Positions 8,765 through 17,295 of a stretch of 64,000 bases of DNA are shown here, piece by piece. Location: the NCBI GenBank assembly GCA_040380225.1, contig JBEIJN010000003.1, positions 26,306 to 90,305 on the forward strand. Reading direction: 5' to 3'. This DNA comes from Verrucomicrobiia bacterium (GTDB taxonomy: Bacteria > Verrucomicrobiota > Verrucomicrobiia > Chthoniobacterales > UBA6821). Positions within the stretch are counted from its first letter, which is position 1. The number at the start of each line of letters is the position of its first letter. Below the pieces are notes generated by a model. The model ran no database searches. It was not told the origin of the DNA and worked only from the letters and a program-made list of their open reading frames with translations. A program made the translations under genes and the position numbers.

Positions 8765-9874
8765 ATGAACGCATCCGAGCCTGTTCTCCCCCTTCACTCC
8801 CTGACACTCGTCGATCTGGAGGAGAGTCTCACAGCGGTGGGACAACCTTCCTACCGCGCCAAGCAGGTGATGGAGTGGGCCTACGGCAGGGAAAAAAGGG
8901 TCGAGTCGTGGGACGCAATGAGCAATCTCCCCGCTGCGCTGCGTTCCTCGCTGGAGGAGGTGCATCCGATCCGGATGCCCGAGGTGGTCACGGTGAGCGG
9001 TTCCAAGGACACCACGCGCAAGCTTCTCCTGCGCCTCCATGACGGGGAGTTGATCGAGACGGTGCTGATTCCGGCCTCACCGGCACTCTACGGAGAGGAG
9101 TCCGACCGGCGCACCCTCTGTGTCTCCTCGCAAGTGGGGTGCGCTTACGGATGCAAGTTCTGCGCGAGCGGACTCGACGGCTGGAAGCGACACCTGAGCG
9201 CCGATGAGATCGTCTCCCAGGTCCTGCTTGCCGAGAAGGTCTCCGGGGAGAGGATCAACAATCTCGTCTTCATGGGAATGGGGGAACCGATGGCCAATTA
9301 CCAGAACTGGCTTCAGGCGGTCTCGATCCTGAATGCTCCATGGGGCGTCGGCCTAGGGGCACGCAAAATGACGGTCTCCACCAGCGGTCTGGTGCCTCGG
9401 ATCCGCGACCTTGCCGATCAACCACTCCAGATCAGACTGGCCATCTCCCTGCATGGTGCAAGCGATCAGGTCCGCAGTCAGATCATGCCGGTGAACAAGA
9501 AGCACCCCGTGGCCGAGTTGATGGAGGCCTGCTCCTATTACTCCGATCGCAAGAAACAGATGATCACCTTCGAGTACATCCTGATCGAGGGGGTGAACGA
9601 TGCTCCTTCGGAGGCCCGGCTTCTGGCCGATCGGGCGAGGGGACTCCGGGCCAAGATCAACCTTATCCCTTACAACACCGTCGAGGGCCTTCCGTGGAGG
9701 CGCCCTTCTGAGGCAGCGCAGGAGGAGTTCCTCTCGATCCTTCAAAATCGCGGCATCGCCGCCACCATCCGTCGTGAGAAGGGACACGACATCGACGCCG
9801 CCTGCGGCCAACTACGCCGCAGAATCGCGACATCGCTGCAGGGAAGCGCAGGGGGGCTTTCAGAAAAAGCGTAG
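8765..9874 (+). CDS. rlmN: 23S rRNA/tRNA adenine-C2 methyltransferase RlmN (radical SAM)
   Basis: YRAKQVMEWAY N-terminus, CxxxCxxC cluster (CAYGCKFC), GMGEPMANY, and a C-terminal DIDAACGQL motif. Confidence 0.9.
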   Translation: MNASEPVLPLHSLTLVDLEESLTAVGQPSYRAKQVMEWAYGREKRVESWDAMSNLPAALRSSLEEVHPIRMPEVVTVSGSKDTTRKLLLRLHDGELIETVLIPASPALYGEESDRRTLCVSSQVGCAYGCKFCASGLDGWKRHLSADEIVSQVLLAEKVSGERINNLVFMGMGEPMANYQNWLQAVSILNAPWGVGLGARKMTVSTSGLVPRIRDLADQPLQIRLAISLHGASDQVRSQIMPVNKKHPVAELMEACSYYSDRKKQMITFEYILIEGVNDAPSEARLLADRARGLRAKINLIPYNTVEGLPWRRPSEAAQEEFLSILQNRGIAATIRREKGHDIDAACGQLRRRIATSLQGSAGGLSEKA

Positions 9875-9908
9875 GCAAGCCACCGATTCGTTGCTGTCGA
9901 GTTCGTGG

Positions 9909-10379
9909 TTATTTCAGGTCTTCAAGCGCATCCCGGATCGCCACGGTGATGTCGCGCCCCCCGTCACCTCCAAGCCGTTCGTCGATGTCCTCAAGCCTTC
10001 GGATCCAATCGGTGACTTCCTTGCGGGTGTAGGGGCCGCCCGCCGCCTCGCAGAAGTGAGTCCTGCAGCCGAAGGGACGGCCTTCATAGATCATGCAGCG
10101 GGAGGTGTAGGGGTGGAGGAGCGGACATGCTCCATCCTCCCGCTTCGGGAGTTCCTTCCGACCGGCGGCCCGCACTGCTTTGGCGGCTGTCAGGGCCTCC
10201 CCCTTCGTGAGTGTCGGGGTACGACCCGTCAGGTGAAACCGGCAGCATTCGGTCTGGAGCGTGCAGTTGCGTTCCGGGGGATTGGCCTTCAGTTCGGCAT
10301 AGATCTGCCTGACTCCGGCGATGGCCTCCTCGGTATCGCGACGGGGATCGGAAGTCTTATGGGGATTACGGCGGCGCAT
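9909..10379 (-). CDS. YkgJ-family Cys-cluster (putative Zn/Fe-chelating, PF03692-like) protein
   Basis: Has ECCRFH and CPLL...CMIYEGRPFGCRTHFC patterns, characteristic of the CxxCxxCC/YkgJ family. Confidence 0.6.
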   Translation of the reverse strand: MRRRNPHKTSDPRRDTEEAIAGVRQIYAELKANPPERNCTLQTECCRFHLTGRTPTLTKGEALTAAKAVRAAGRKELPKREDGACPLLHPYTSRCMIYEGRPFGCRTHFCEAAGGPYTRKEVTDWIRRLEDIDERLGGDGGRDITVAIRDALEDLK

Positions 10380-10383
10380 CAGA

Positions 10384-10424
10384 GGGAAAATTATGAAGGA
10401 TGAATTATGAATGATGAAGGGTTG
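10384..10424. repeat. Inverted-repeat arm (ATGAAGGATGAATTATGAATGATGAAGG) at the 3' flank of the four-helix-bundle cassette
   Basis: GATGAATTATGAATGATGAA (20 nt) recurs as a perfect reverse complement within 11046-11085. Confidence 0.85.
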
Positions 10425-11063
10425 AAGCCTTGGTTCTCTTTGAAATCGTCGTCAGGATGGCGATGAGCTCATCACATTCCCTGCTGAGTTCCTTGGTTTT
10501 CAGAAGCGGAAGAATGTCTGATTCAACCAGCAAATCCAACCAGTATGCGGTTTCATCGAGTTCTTTCAGGCAATCCCCGATCTTGGCAATGAACTCGTTT
10601 CTCGATCGGGATCGATTGGCTTCACGATAATTCGCTCCCACGGAAGTACCGGATCTCAGAACCTGTTTTCCCAGAGTTTGTGCCAGGGTATTTTTCGGAA
10701 GGGCGCTATAGAGCCTGATCACCCTAAGGAACCGCTGATTAAATCGCATAGAGGCCGTTGCGGGAAGAATGGGCCGCGGGCAAGGCGGCTTTGCGGGCGC
10801 ATCCCCGCAGTGGGCTGTAACCGCAAAGCCAACACAGCCCCCGGCCGGTTATCTCCGCAACCCGGAGGGCTGAAGCCATTTGTCGATTTTTCTGGCGTTG
10901 CTCGCTCGGGCGAGACCGCTGCGGGTATCGCCCAGCACTCGCGCCTTCAAAAATCAGCAAATGCTCTTCAGCGGCCTTCATGGGATTTAATCAGCGGTTC
11001 CCTAAGGGCGAATGTCTTCGTCCTAGCGGATAGGTCGGCGGCTGGTTTCTTTTCATCATTCAT
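10405..11063 (-). pseudogene. Four-helix-bundle protein gene (23S rRNA intervening-sequence protein / Avd-like, TIGR02436 type), interrupted by a 276-bp element
   Basis: The N-terminal piece (11063-11003) encodes MNDEKKPAADLSARTKTFAL. The C-terminal piece (10724-10405) encodes RVIRLYSALPKNTLAQTLGKQVLRSGTSVGANYREANRSRSRNEFIAKIGDCLKELDETAYWLDLL. Joining them after removing 278 nt gives a 126-aa in-frame product with the family pattern. Confidence 0.8.
10727..11002 (-). mobile_element. 276-bp non-autonomous TIR element (MITE-like), copy A, flanked by TA (10725-10726 and 11003-11004)
   Basis: About 95% identical by manual alignment (14 substitutions, no indels) to 43850-44125 in the opposite orientation. 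It has roughly 28-bp imperfect terminal inverted repeats (GGGAACCGCTGATTAAATCCCATGAAGG) and no credible ORF. Confidence 0.8.
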
Positions 11064-11085
11064 AATTCATCATTCATCCTTTCTC
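11046..11085. repeat. Inverted-repeat arm at the 5' flank of the four-helix-bundle cassette
   Basis: Reverse complement of the arm at 10384-10424. It contains the cassette's start codon. Confidence 0.85.
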
Positions 11086-12338
11086 TATACCGTCGTTCCG
11101 CATGCGTGGGCGCTGGCCCAGGCCCATTGGAAGTTGTATCCGCCAAGCCATCCGGTGACATCCACCACTTCTCCGATGAAATACAGTCCCGGGACTTTCC
11201 GTGACTCCATGGTCTTGGAGGAGAGTTCTCCTGTCTCGACGCCTCCGAGCGTGACCTCGGCTTTCGGGTATCCCTCGGTTCCCTCAAAGGAGGCTTCCCA
11301 TCCGTGAAGCGCACGTGTCAGGGCCTCGGTCTCCTGCCTTGTGCAACGGGCCAATGGTTTGTCTGGGGCGTTGCGCTCGCACCACGCCTCGGCAAACCGG
11401 CGGGGCCATGCCTTGGAGAGAATCTGAAGGGCCGTGCTACCTCCCCGTAGCGATGAGGAAAAGCTCTCGGAATCCACCCGGTCGGGGAGAAGATCGAAGG
11501 AGAGGGGCGCTCCCTCTTTCCAAAAGGAGGAGATCTGCAGGATGGCCGGACCGCTCACGCCTCGGTGAGTGAAGAGCATGGCTTCCTCGAAGGATTTTCC
11601 TCCGTGGGTCACGCGGACGGGAAGGGAGACACCCGCCAGCGGTTCGAAGAACGATTGCTCTTGAGGTCTGAAGGTGAGGGGAACCAGACCGGGTCGCAGA
11701 GAGGTGACGCCGATGCCGAATTTCCGAGCAATCCGGTGACCGATGTCGGTGGCTCCCAGCTTGGCAAAGGAAAGTCCCCCCGTCGCCACGACGACTGCAT
11801 CCGAAGCGAAGGATCCCCGTGAGGTGATCACCTCGAAGCGATCGTTCTTCACCACATCCTCGACGCGGCACCCGCAGAGAATACGCGCTCCGGCCTCTCG
11901 GCACTCGCTCTCCAGCATCGAGATGATGCGGCGCGAACTCTCGTCGCAGAACTGCTGACCAAGCTTCTTCTCATGGTAAGGGATACCGTGTTTCTCGACC
12001 AGGGAGATGAAGTCCCAGGGGGAGTAGCGTGCCAGGGCCGATTTGCAGAAATCAGGGTTGCCTGAGAGATAGTTGGCCGCGGTGGCGTGGATGTTGGTGA
12101 AGTTGCAGCGGCCGCCGCCTGAGATCCCGATCTTCTTCCCGACCTGATCGTTGTGTTCCAGCAGGAGAACCCGTTTACCCCGATTCGCGGCCGTGAAGGC
12201 ACAGAACATCCCGGCGCCGCCGCCGCCGATCACGATCACGTCGTGGTGTTCAGGGATGTCATTGCTCACAGGGGTAGTGATGACATCCAAAGGATAAATG
12301 CTGAATGAAAAAGGAAAAAAACCGAAGAGAGTCCCCAA
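11085..12338 (-). CDS. HI0933/BaiN-like NAD(P)/FAD-dependent flavoprotein
   Basis: DVIVIGGGGAGMFCA dinucleotide-binding motif, ISGGGRCNFTN, and a C-terminal GEVVDVTGWLGGYNFQWAWASAHACG. The start is uncertain; an in-frame GTG at 12269 would avoid the repeat-rich leader. Confidence 0.8.
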   Translation of the reverse strand: MGTLFGFFPFSFSIYPLDVITTPVSNDIPEHHDVIVIGGGGAGMFCAFTAANRGKRVLLLEHNDQVGKKIGISGGGRCNFTNIHATAANYLSGNPDFCKSALARYSPWDFISLVEKHGIPYHEKKLGQQFCDESSRRIISMLESECREAGARILCGCRVEDVVKNDRFEVITSRGSFASDAVVVATGGLSFAKLGATDIGHRIARKFGIGVTSLRPGLVPLTFRPQEQSFFEPLAGVSLPVRVTHGGKSFEEAMLFTHRGVSGPAILQISSFWKEGAPLSFDLLPDRVDSESFSSSLRGGSTALQILSKAWPRRFAEAWCERNAPDKPLARCTRQETEALTRALHGWEASFEGTEGYPKAEVTLGGVETGELSSKTMESRKVPGLYFIGEVVDVTGWLGGYNFQWAWASAHACGTTV

Positions 12339-12424
12339 AAAACTTTTTCATTTTTCATTATACATTTTGCCTTTTGCTGTTCCTTGGTGACGCGGGGCTC
12401 TTCCCGGCGTAGTCTCTTCTTCTT

Positions 12425-13984
12425 ATGGAAAAACAACGCTTCGACGGGCTGGGTCTCTCGCCTGAAATTCTCAAGGCGGTGGCCCAACTCGGATTCGAAG
12501 AGGCCACCCCGATCCAGTCCGCCGCCATCCCGGTCCTTCTTGCCGGGGGTGATCTGGTCGGCCAGTCACAGACCGGCTCTGGAAAAACGGCGGCTTTCTC
12601 CATTCCCGCCATCGAGAAGGTCGATCCTGCCAGCAAGGCAGTCCAGGTACTCATTCTCTGCCCGACCCGTGAACTCGCCGAGCAGGTGGCCGATGAGGTG
12701 CACCAGCTCACCGCCTTCAAGCGTTCCATCCATTCCGTTCCCATCTACGGAGGCGCCTCCTACGAGCGCCAGCTCTTTGAGCTCAGGAAAGGAGTCCAGA
12801 TCGTCATTGGCACCCCGGGGCGCATCATCGACCATCTCGAACGCGGCACCCTCAAGCTCGATCAGCTCAAGGTCGCCATCCTCGACGAGGCTGACCGGAT
12901 GCTCGACATGGGCTTCCGCGACGACATCCAGAGGATCCTCGACGCCACGCCGGAGGAGCGGCAGACCGTCTTTTTCTCCGCCACCCTCTCCCGCCAGATC
13001 AAGGAGCTGATCAACCGCTACTCCCGCGATCCGCAGACCGTGGCCATCGAACGGAAGGACGTAACGGCCCCCGCAATCGATCAGTGGTACTACGAGATTC
13101 CTCCTCGCGGGAAGACCCAGTCACTGATTCGTCTGGTCGACTTTCACGGATTCCGCCTCGGCATCATCTTCTGCAATACCCAGCGCATGGTGGACGAACT
13201 GGCCGACGCCCTGCTGGCGCAGGGATTCTCGGCTGACCGTCTCCACGGTGGCATCACCCAGGCCCAGCGCACCCGCGTGATGAACAAGTTCAAGAACTCG
13301 GAGTTCGAGTTCCTCGTGGCGACCGACGTGGCGGCTCGCGGCATCGATGTCGATGACCTTGAAGTCGTCATCAACTACGACCTCCCGCATGATCCCGAGG
13401 ACTATGTCCACCGGATCGGTCGCACGGGTCGTGCTGGACGCAAGGGAATGGCCGCGACCTTCGTGAGCGGCCGCGACATCTACAAGATCCAGTATCTTGA
13501 GAAATTCACCCATTCCCGCATTCGTCGCGGAGTGATTCCGACTCCTTCCGAGGTCGAGGGAAAGCGTTCCGAGGTTCTCTTCGGCAAGGTGCGCGACATG
13601 CTCGCTGCCGGGAAGTTCTCCGACCAGACCCAGTTCACCGACCGTCTCATGGAGGAAGGCTTCCAGGCCACCGAGGTCTGCTCCGCCCTGTTCTCGATGC
13701 TCCTGGGTCAAACCGGATCACCGGAGCCCGTCAACCCTCCGAAGGCGGCTCCGCTGCCCGTCGAGATCCCGATGGACGAGGGATTTGCCCAGCCCAAGGG
13801 CTTCAAGAAGAAGCCACCCTTTGTTCCCAAGTCTCCCGCTCAGGGAAAGCCGGCGTTCAAGCCGGGCTTCAAACCCGGCTTCAAAAAGAACTTCGATCAG
13901 GCAAACCCAGGTGGTGCCGGTGCTTCCGGTAAACCGGGGAAGTTTTCCAAGGGATTCAAGAAAGACCGTCCGCCGAGGTACTGA
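12425..13984 (+). CDS. DEAD-box ATP-dependent RNA helicase (DeaD/CsdA-like) with a basic C-terminal tail
   Basis: All helicase motifs are present: Q motif (F..LGL...), GQSQTGSGKT, PTRELA, DEAD, SAT, HRIGRTGRAG. The C-terminus is Lys/Pro/Gly-rich. Confidence 0.9.
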   Translation: MEKQRFDGLGLSPEILKAVAQLGFEEATPIQSAAIPVLLAGGDLVGQSQTGSGKTAAFSIPAIEKVDPASKAVQVLILCPTRELAEQVADEVHQLTAFKRSIHSVPIYGGASYERQLFELRKGVQIVIGTPGRIIDHLERGTLKLDQLKVAILDEADRMLDMGFRDDIQRILDATPEERQTVFFSATLSRQIKELINRYSRDPQTVAIERKDVTAPAIDQWYYEIPPRGKTQSLIRLVDFHGFRLGIIFCNTQRMVDELADALLAQGFSADRLHGGITQAQRTRVMNKFKNSEFEFLVATDVAARGIDVDDLEVVINYDLPHDPEDYVHRIGRTGRAGRKGMAATFVSGRDIYKIQYLEKFTHSRIRRGVIPTPSEVEGKRSEVLFGKVRDMLAAGKFSDQTQFTDRLMEEGFQATEVCSALFSMLLGQTGSPEPVNPPKAAPLPVEIPMDEGFAQPKGFKKKPPFVPKSPAQGKPAFKPGFKPGFKKNFDQANPGGAGASGKPGKFSKGFKKDRPPRY

Positions 13985-13990
13985 CCCGAT

Positions 13991-14151
13991 GACTCGCGCG
14001 GAGGCGCAGAGGCGCGGAGAGATTTAATCTGTAAATCAGGAACACAGGATGCGAAGCAACGGCCAAGCATGCTAGTTCACGAACGGAGAATTGAAAAAGT
14101 GAAGAGGGTTACTCCCACCACTCTCTGCGCCTCTGCGCCTCTGCGCGAGTT
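13991..14151. repeat. GCAGAGGCGC-arm inverted-repeat element (about 30-bp arms, about 100-nt spacer)
   Basis: The left arm GACTCGCGCGGAGGCGCAGAGGCGCGGAGAG (13991-14021) matches the reverse complement of 14121-14151 with 2-3 mismatches. The same arm family occurs at 547-748 and 15794-15995. Confidence 0.85.
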
Positions 14152-15583
14152 CTTGGTATTTCTGTGCCTTCTCTGCGCTGGCCTCCATGCCGAGGTCACG
14201 ATGCCGGCGATTTTCGGCGACCACATGGTGCTCCAGCAGGGGACGACATTGCCAGTCTGGGGATTTGCGGCACCCGGGGAGCATGTCTCCGTTTCCTATG
14301 CCGAGCGTCATGGCGAGACCGTTGCCGATGCCACGGGACATTGGCGCGTCACACTCCGCCCGCTCCCGTATTCCAAGAGTCCCGGGAACATGGTCATCAA
14401 CGGTTCAAACCGGATCGAGTTCCGCGATGTCATCGTCGGGGATGTCTGGGTCTGCGCAGGTGAGGGGAACATGGCCTTTCCTCTCTCCGAGGCGACGGGT
14501 GGCAAGCAGGCTGCGGCGGTCTCCGATCGTGGTCTTCGATGCTTCACCCCGACATCGCGTGCCTCATCGCGATCTGATGCCAAAGGATCGGGCGGATGGG
14601 TTGTCTGCGATCCCGAAACGGCTCCTTCCTTCCCAGCCGTCGCATTCTTCTTTGCGCGCGATCTGCGAGCGTCACGCCACATTCCCGTTGGAATCATCAA
14701 CTGCTCCACCCCTGATCCCGCCCCCATCACCACATGGATGAGTCCCCGAGCCTCGCAGGGAATCGCAGGAATGCGTGGAAACCCACGGACTCCGCCTGCG
14801 GCGCACTTCAACGGAATGATCGCGCCGATCCTCCCCTACGCGATCACGGGAGCCATCTGGTATCAGGGGGAGTCGGACGAAGGCAAGGGAGCGATCCCCT
14901 ACCGCATCCTGCTCCCACGACTCATTCGTGACTGGCGCGAGAAGTGGAGGCAGGGACCATTCCCATTTTTCGTCGTCTCCCAGGCGGGGTTCGGTACAGA
15001 GGAGGGCCCCGCAGTCGAGCCGATGCTTTCTGACGACGGAACCCATCGCCGTGCCTTGCCCTGGCTTCGTGAGGGGGTTGCAAGTGTCACCACGATTCCC
15101 TTCACGGGGATCGCCGTTGCCACGGATCTCGGTCTTCCTGATGACCGTTATCCTCCCGACAAGCTCGATCTGGGACGTCGCCTGGCACTTCTTGCCCGTC
15201 ACCGTGTCTATGGTGAGGAGATTCCCGATTCGGGGCCCCTTTTCCGATCGATGAAGATCGAGGGGAACAAGGTTCGAGTCACTTTCGAGAGTCAGGGTGG
15301 GGGGCTAGCCACGGGCATCTCCCCGGCGATGGCTGAGGGTGCCAATGGTATCGGAACTCGCCTCACGACCTCGCTCAAGGGATTCGCCGTCGCGGGTGAA
15401 AACCGCAAATGGTTTCCGGCGACGGCGAGGATCGATGGAAATGATGTCATCCTATCCAGCGATGCGGTGCTTCATCCCGTGGCGGTTCGTTACAACTGGA
15501 GGGGCTTCCCCGTTGGGAATCTCTACAACAAAGCGGGTCTCCCAGCCCCCCCGTTCCGCAGCGATAGGGATCAGCCGAAGTAA
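14069..15583 (+). CDS. Sialate O-acetylesterase-like (SASA/DUF303 family) secreted esterase
   Basis: PAIFGDHMVLQQG...PVWG N-terminal beta-sandwich, a GDVWVCAGEGNM (GQSNM-like) active-site region, and WYQGESD. The start is uncertain (ATG 14069, GTG 14099 or TTG 14153); all lie in or next to the repeat element. Confidence 0.75.
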   Translation: MLVHERRIEKVKRVTPTTLCASAPLREFLVFLCLLCAGLHAEVTMPAIFGDHMVLQQGTTLPVWGFAAPGEHVSVSYAERHGETVADATGHWRVTLRPLPYSKSPGNMVINGSNRIEFRDVIVGDVWVCAGEGNMAFPLSEATGGKQAAAVSDRGLRCFTPTSRASSRSDAKGSGGWVVCDPETAPSFPAVAFFFARDLRASRHIPVGIINCSTPDPAPITTWMSPRASQGIAGMRGNPRTPPAAHFNGMIAPILPYAITGAIWYQGESDEGKGAIPYRILLPRLIRDWREKWRQGPFPFFVVSQAGFGTEEGPAVEPMLSDDGTHRRALPWLREGVASVTTIPFTGIAVATDLGLPDDRYPPDKLDLGRRLALLARHRVYGEEIPDSGPLFRSMKIEGNKVRVTFESQGGGLATGISPAMAEGANGIGTRLTTSLKGFAVAGENRKWFPATARIDGNDVILSSDAVLHPVAVRYNWRGFPVGNLYNKAGLPAPPFRSDRDQPK

Positions 15584-15594
15584 TTGGGGGGGAA

Positions 15595-15647
15595 GGAGCT
15601 GGGAGCTAGAAGCTGGGAGCTAGAAGCTGGGAGCTGGGAGCTGGGAA
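15595..15647. repeat. Short tandem repeat (GGAGCTGGGAGCTAGAAGCT-type words)
   Basis: GCTGGGAGCT units with and without an AGAA insert are repeated about 5 times immediately after the esterase stop. Confidence 0.85.
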
Positions 15648-15650
15648 GCG

Positions 15651-15716
15651 GCGCGGAAGACTATGACGTAGTCGTAGCCCCAGAGGGGTAGCACCGTCGG
15701 CAGGGCGACGGATCCC
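15651..15716. repeat. REP-like three-hairpin module, copy 1
   Basis: GCGGAAGA, then hairpin CTATGAC/GTCGTAG, then CCCC-AGA-GGGG, then hairpin CCGTCG/CGACGG. The architecture matches 19281-19348 and 19367-19434, but the stem sequences differ. Confidence 0.7.
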
Positions 15717-15793
15717 ATCAACTAGGAGCTAGAGCATCATCTAGTTAATCTGTCGTTCCTTGAGCGATCATCTTGACCGTCGATAAATAAAAG

Positions 15794-15995
15794 GACTCGC
15801 GCAGAGACGCAGAGGCGCGGAGGAAAAGACAAAGGATTAGGTCCGGAGAAGATTGTCAGCGTTACTCCTATCAAATCGGAGAATCACTTGAGCGATTCAC
15901 TATGGGGCCTGACGACTCCTTTCAAGGGAGATGTTTCTAAAGACGCATTGCCATTATTCATAAAAACTCTGCGTCTCTGCGTCTCTGCGCGAGAT
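15794..15995. repeat. GCAGAGGCGC-arm inverted-repeat element (about 30-bp arms, about 140-nt spacer)
   Basis: GACTCGCGCAGAGACGCAGAGGCGCGGAGG (15794-15823) pairs with CTCTGCGTCTCTGCGTCTCTGCGCGAGAT (15967-15995). Confidence 0.85.
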
Positions 15996-16112
15996 TTCTT
16001 GCCTTGTAAATGCGTCCAATAAAACCGAAACCGCTCTAGGATCTTCGCCCGCACCTTCTTTTTCCTACCCTCATCGCTCGACATACCGAGGCTGCTTTGG
16101 CAGAAAGGATCC

Positions 16113-17057
16113 ATGGGAATGCCTTATCTCCTTCTGGCGTTGTTCCTGTCGGTCGCCGCACTGAATGCATCCGGAGCGGGCAAGGGGCATGCGGCTCAGA
16201 GTCCGTCTCCCACTCCATCCTCCGAGGTGATCAATCAACCTCTCTCGGTATTCGAGCTGAAGGGGTCGCATAGGGAGATCTTCCGGCGCGTACTCCAGGC
16301 CCGACTCTATCACCAAGGAGTCTGGACACTCTCCGATCCTTCACAGACACCTGTCACTGCAGCCCGCACGATCGCCTCCCTCAAGCCGACCTTCGTCACC
16401 GGCCTCCTGCGCATCCCTGATCGCGGTTCCCTCAGCAATGCCGAGGTCGATGCCTTCAATGCAGTGAGGTCCGCAGTCCTTGCTTCCGCAAAGGGATGCC
16501 GGTTCGACATCGTGCTTAATGCCGGGGTGGAGCAGTCGGGCGATCTTGTCGTCCGCCGCATGAAGGAAATTTCTACTCGAGTTCATCCCGATGCCTGGAC
16601 CTTCCACATTGCCCCTGACGATACCTCCCTGAATCCCGAGGTCTTTGAGGACGGGATTGCGTATGCCCATTCCCAGGGAAAGATGGCCGGTTACGACGGC
16701 CCTCTTTCGATGATTCCCGATGGTGTCGACTACATCGTTGTCAGGGCCTTGGAGTTGAAAGTTTATCGTCGCCAGATCGAAGTGCTCAGGGAAAAGCATC
16801 ATGTCTCGATCCTGGTGGAACTGCCGACCATGATGGGTGGCAAGTCCAATCCCGACTGCGAAGCCTATATCGGCAAGCTCAGCAGTTCCGAGCGATGTGA
16901 AGCAATCACCTCCCTGGCCGAGAATCAGAACTCATGGGGATATCGCTTTGCCTATCCCGTTTTTTATCCTGTGGAACCGGATAAGCGCGCCTTCGACGCG
17001 ACTAAGGAGTCGCTTCTGATGGTGACCATCCGCGCCCTTTTGGCCCGCTTTAATTAG
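16113..17057 (+). CDS. Hypothetical secreted protein
   Basis: 314-aa ORF with a signal peptide (MGMPYLLLALFLSVAALNASGAG). No family recognised. Confidence 0.55.
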   Translation: MGMPYLLLALFLSVAALNASGAGKGHAAQSPSPTPSSEVINQPLSVFELKGSHREIFRRVLQARLYHQGVWTLSDPSQTPVTAARTIASLKPTFVTGLLRIPDRGSLSNAEVDAFNAVRSAVLASAKGCRFDIVLNAGVEQSGDLVVRRMKEISTRVHPDAWTFHIAPDDTSLNPEVFEDGIAYAHSQGKMAGYDGPLSMIPDGVDYIVVRALELKVYRRQIEVLREKHHVSILVELPTMMGGKSNPDCEAYIGKLSSSERCEAITSLAENQNSWGYRFAYPVFYPVEPDKRAFDATKESLLMVTIRALLARFN

Positions 17058-17295
17058 GGAGCCGCTCATTCCGCTGTTTCCGGGAGTGCATTGGATCGGG
17101 AGATGTTGATTGGTTTTTGGTTGTTGGTTGTTGGTTGCCTCCTCGACCCTTGACTTCAGCTTATCCAATCCATCCCATCTCACGGAGTCCAGCCATCCAG
17201 CCTGCCCCTATACATTCCTGAGATCCTGAGATCCTGAGTTCTTGAGTTCCATATTCAATCTGCTCCCGCTGTAATTTTCCTATACACCCTCCGCC

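Noticed and set aside
15595-15647. Tandem repeats here, and the many other short repeats, as a possible CRISPR array.
   Set aside because: The units are 10-14 bp and contiguous, without unique spacers of 25-40 bp. No cas genes are present in the window.
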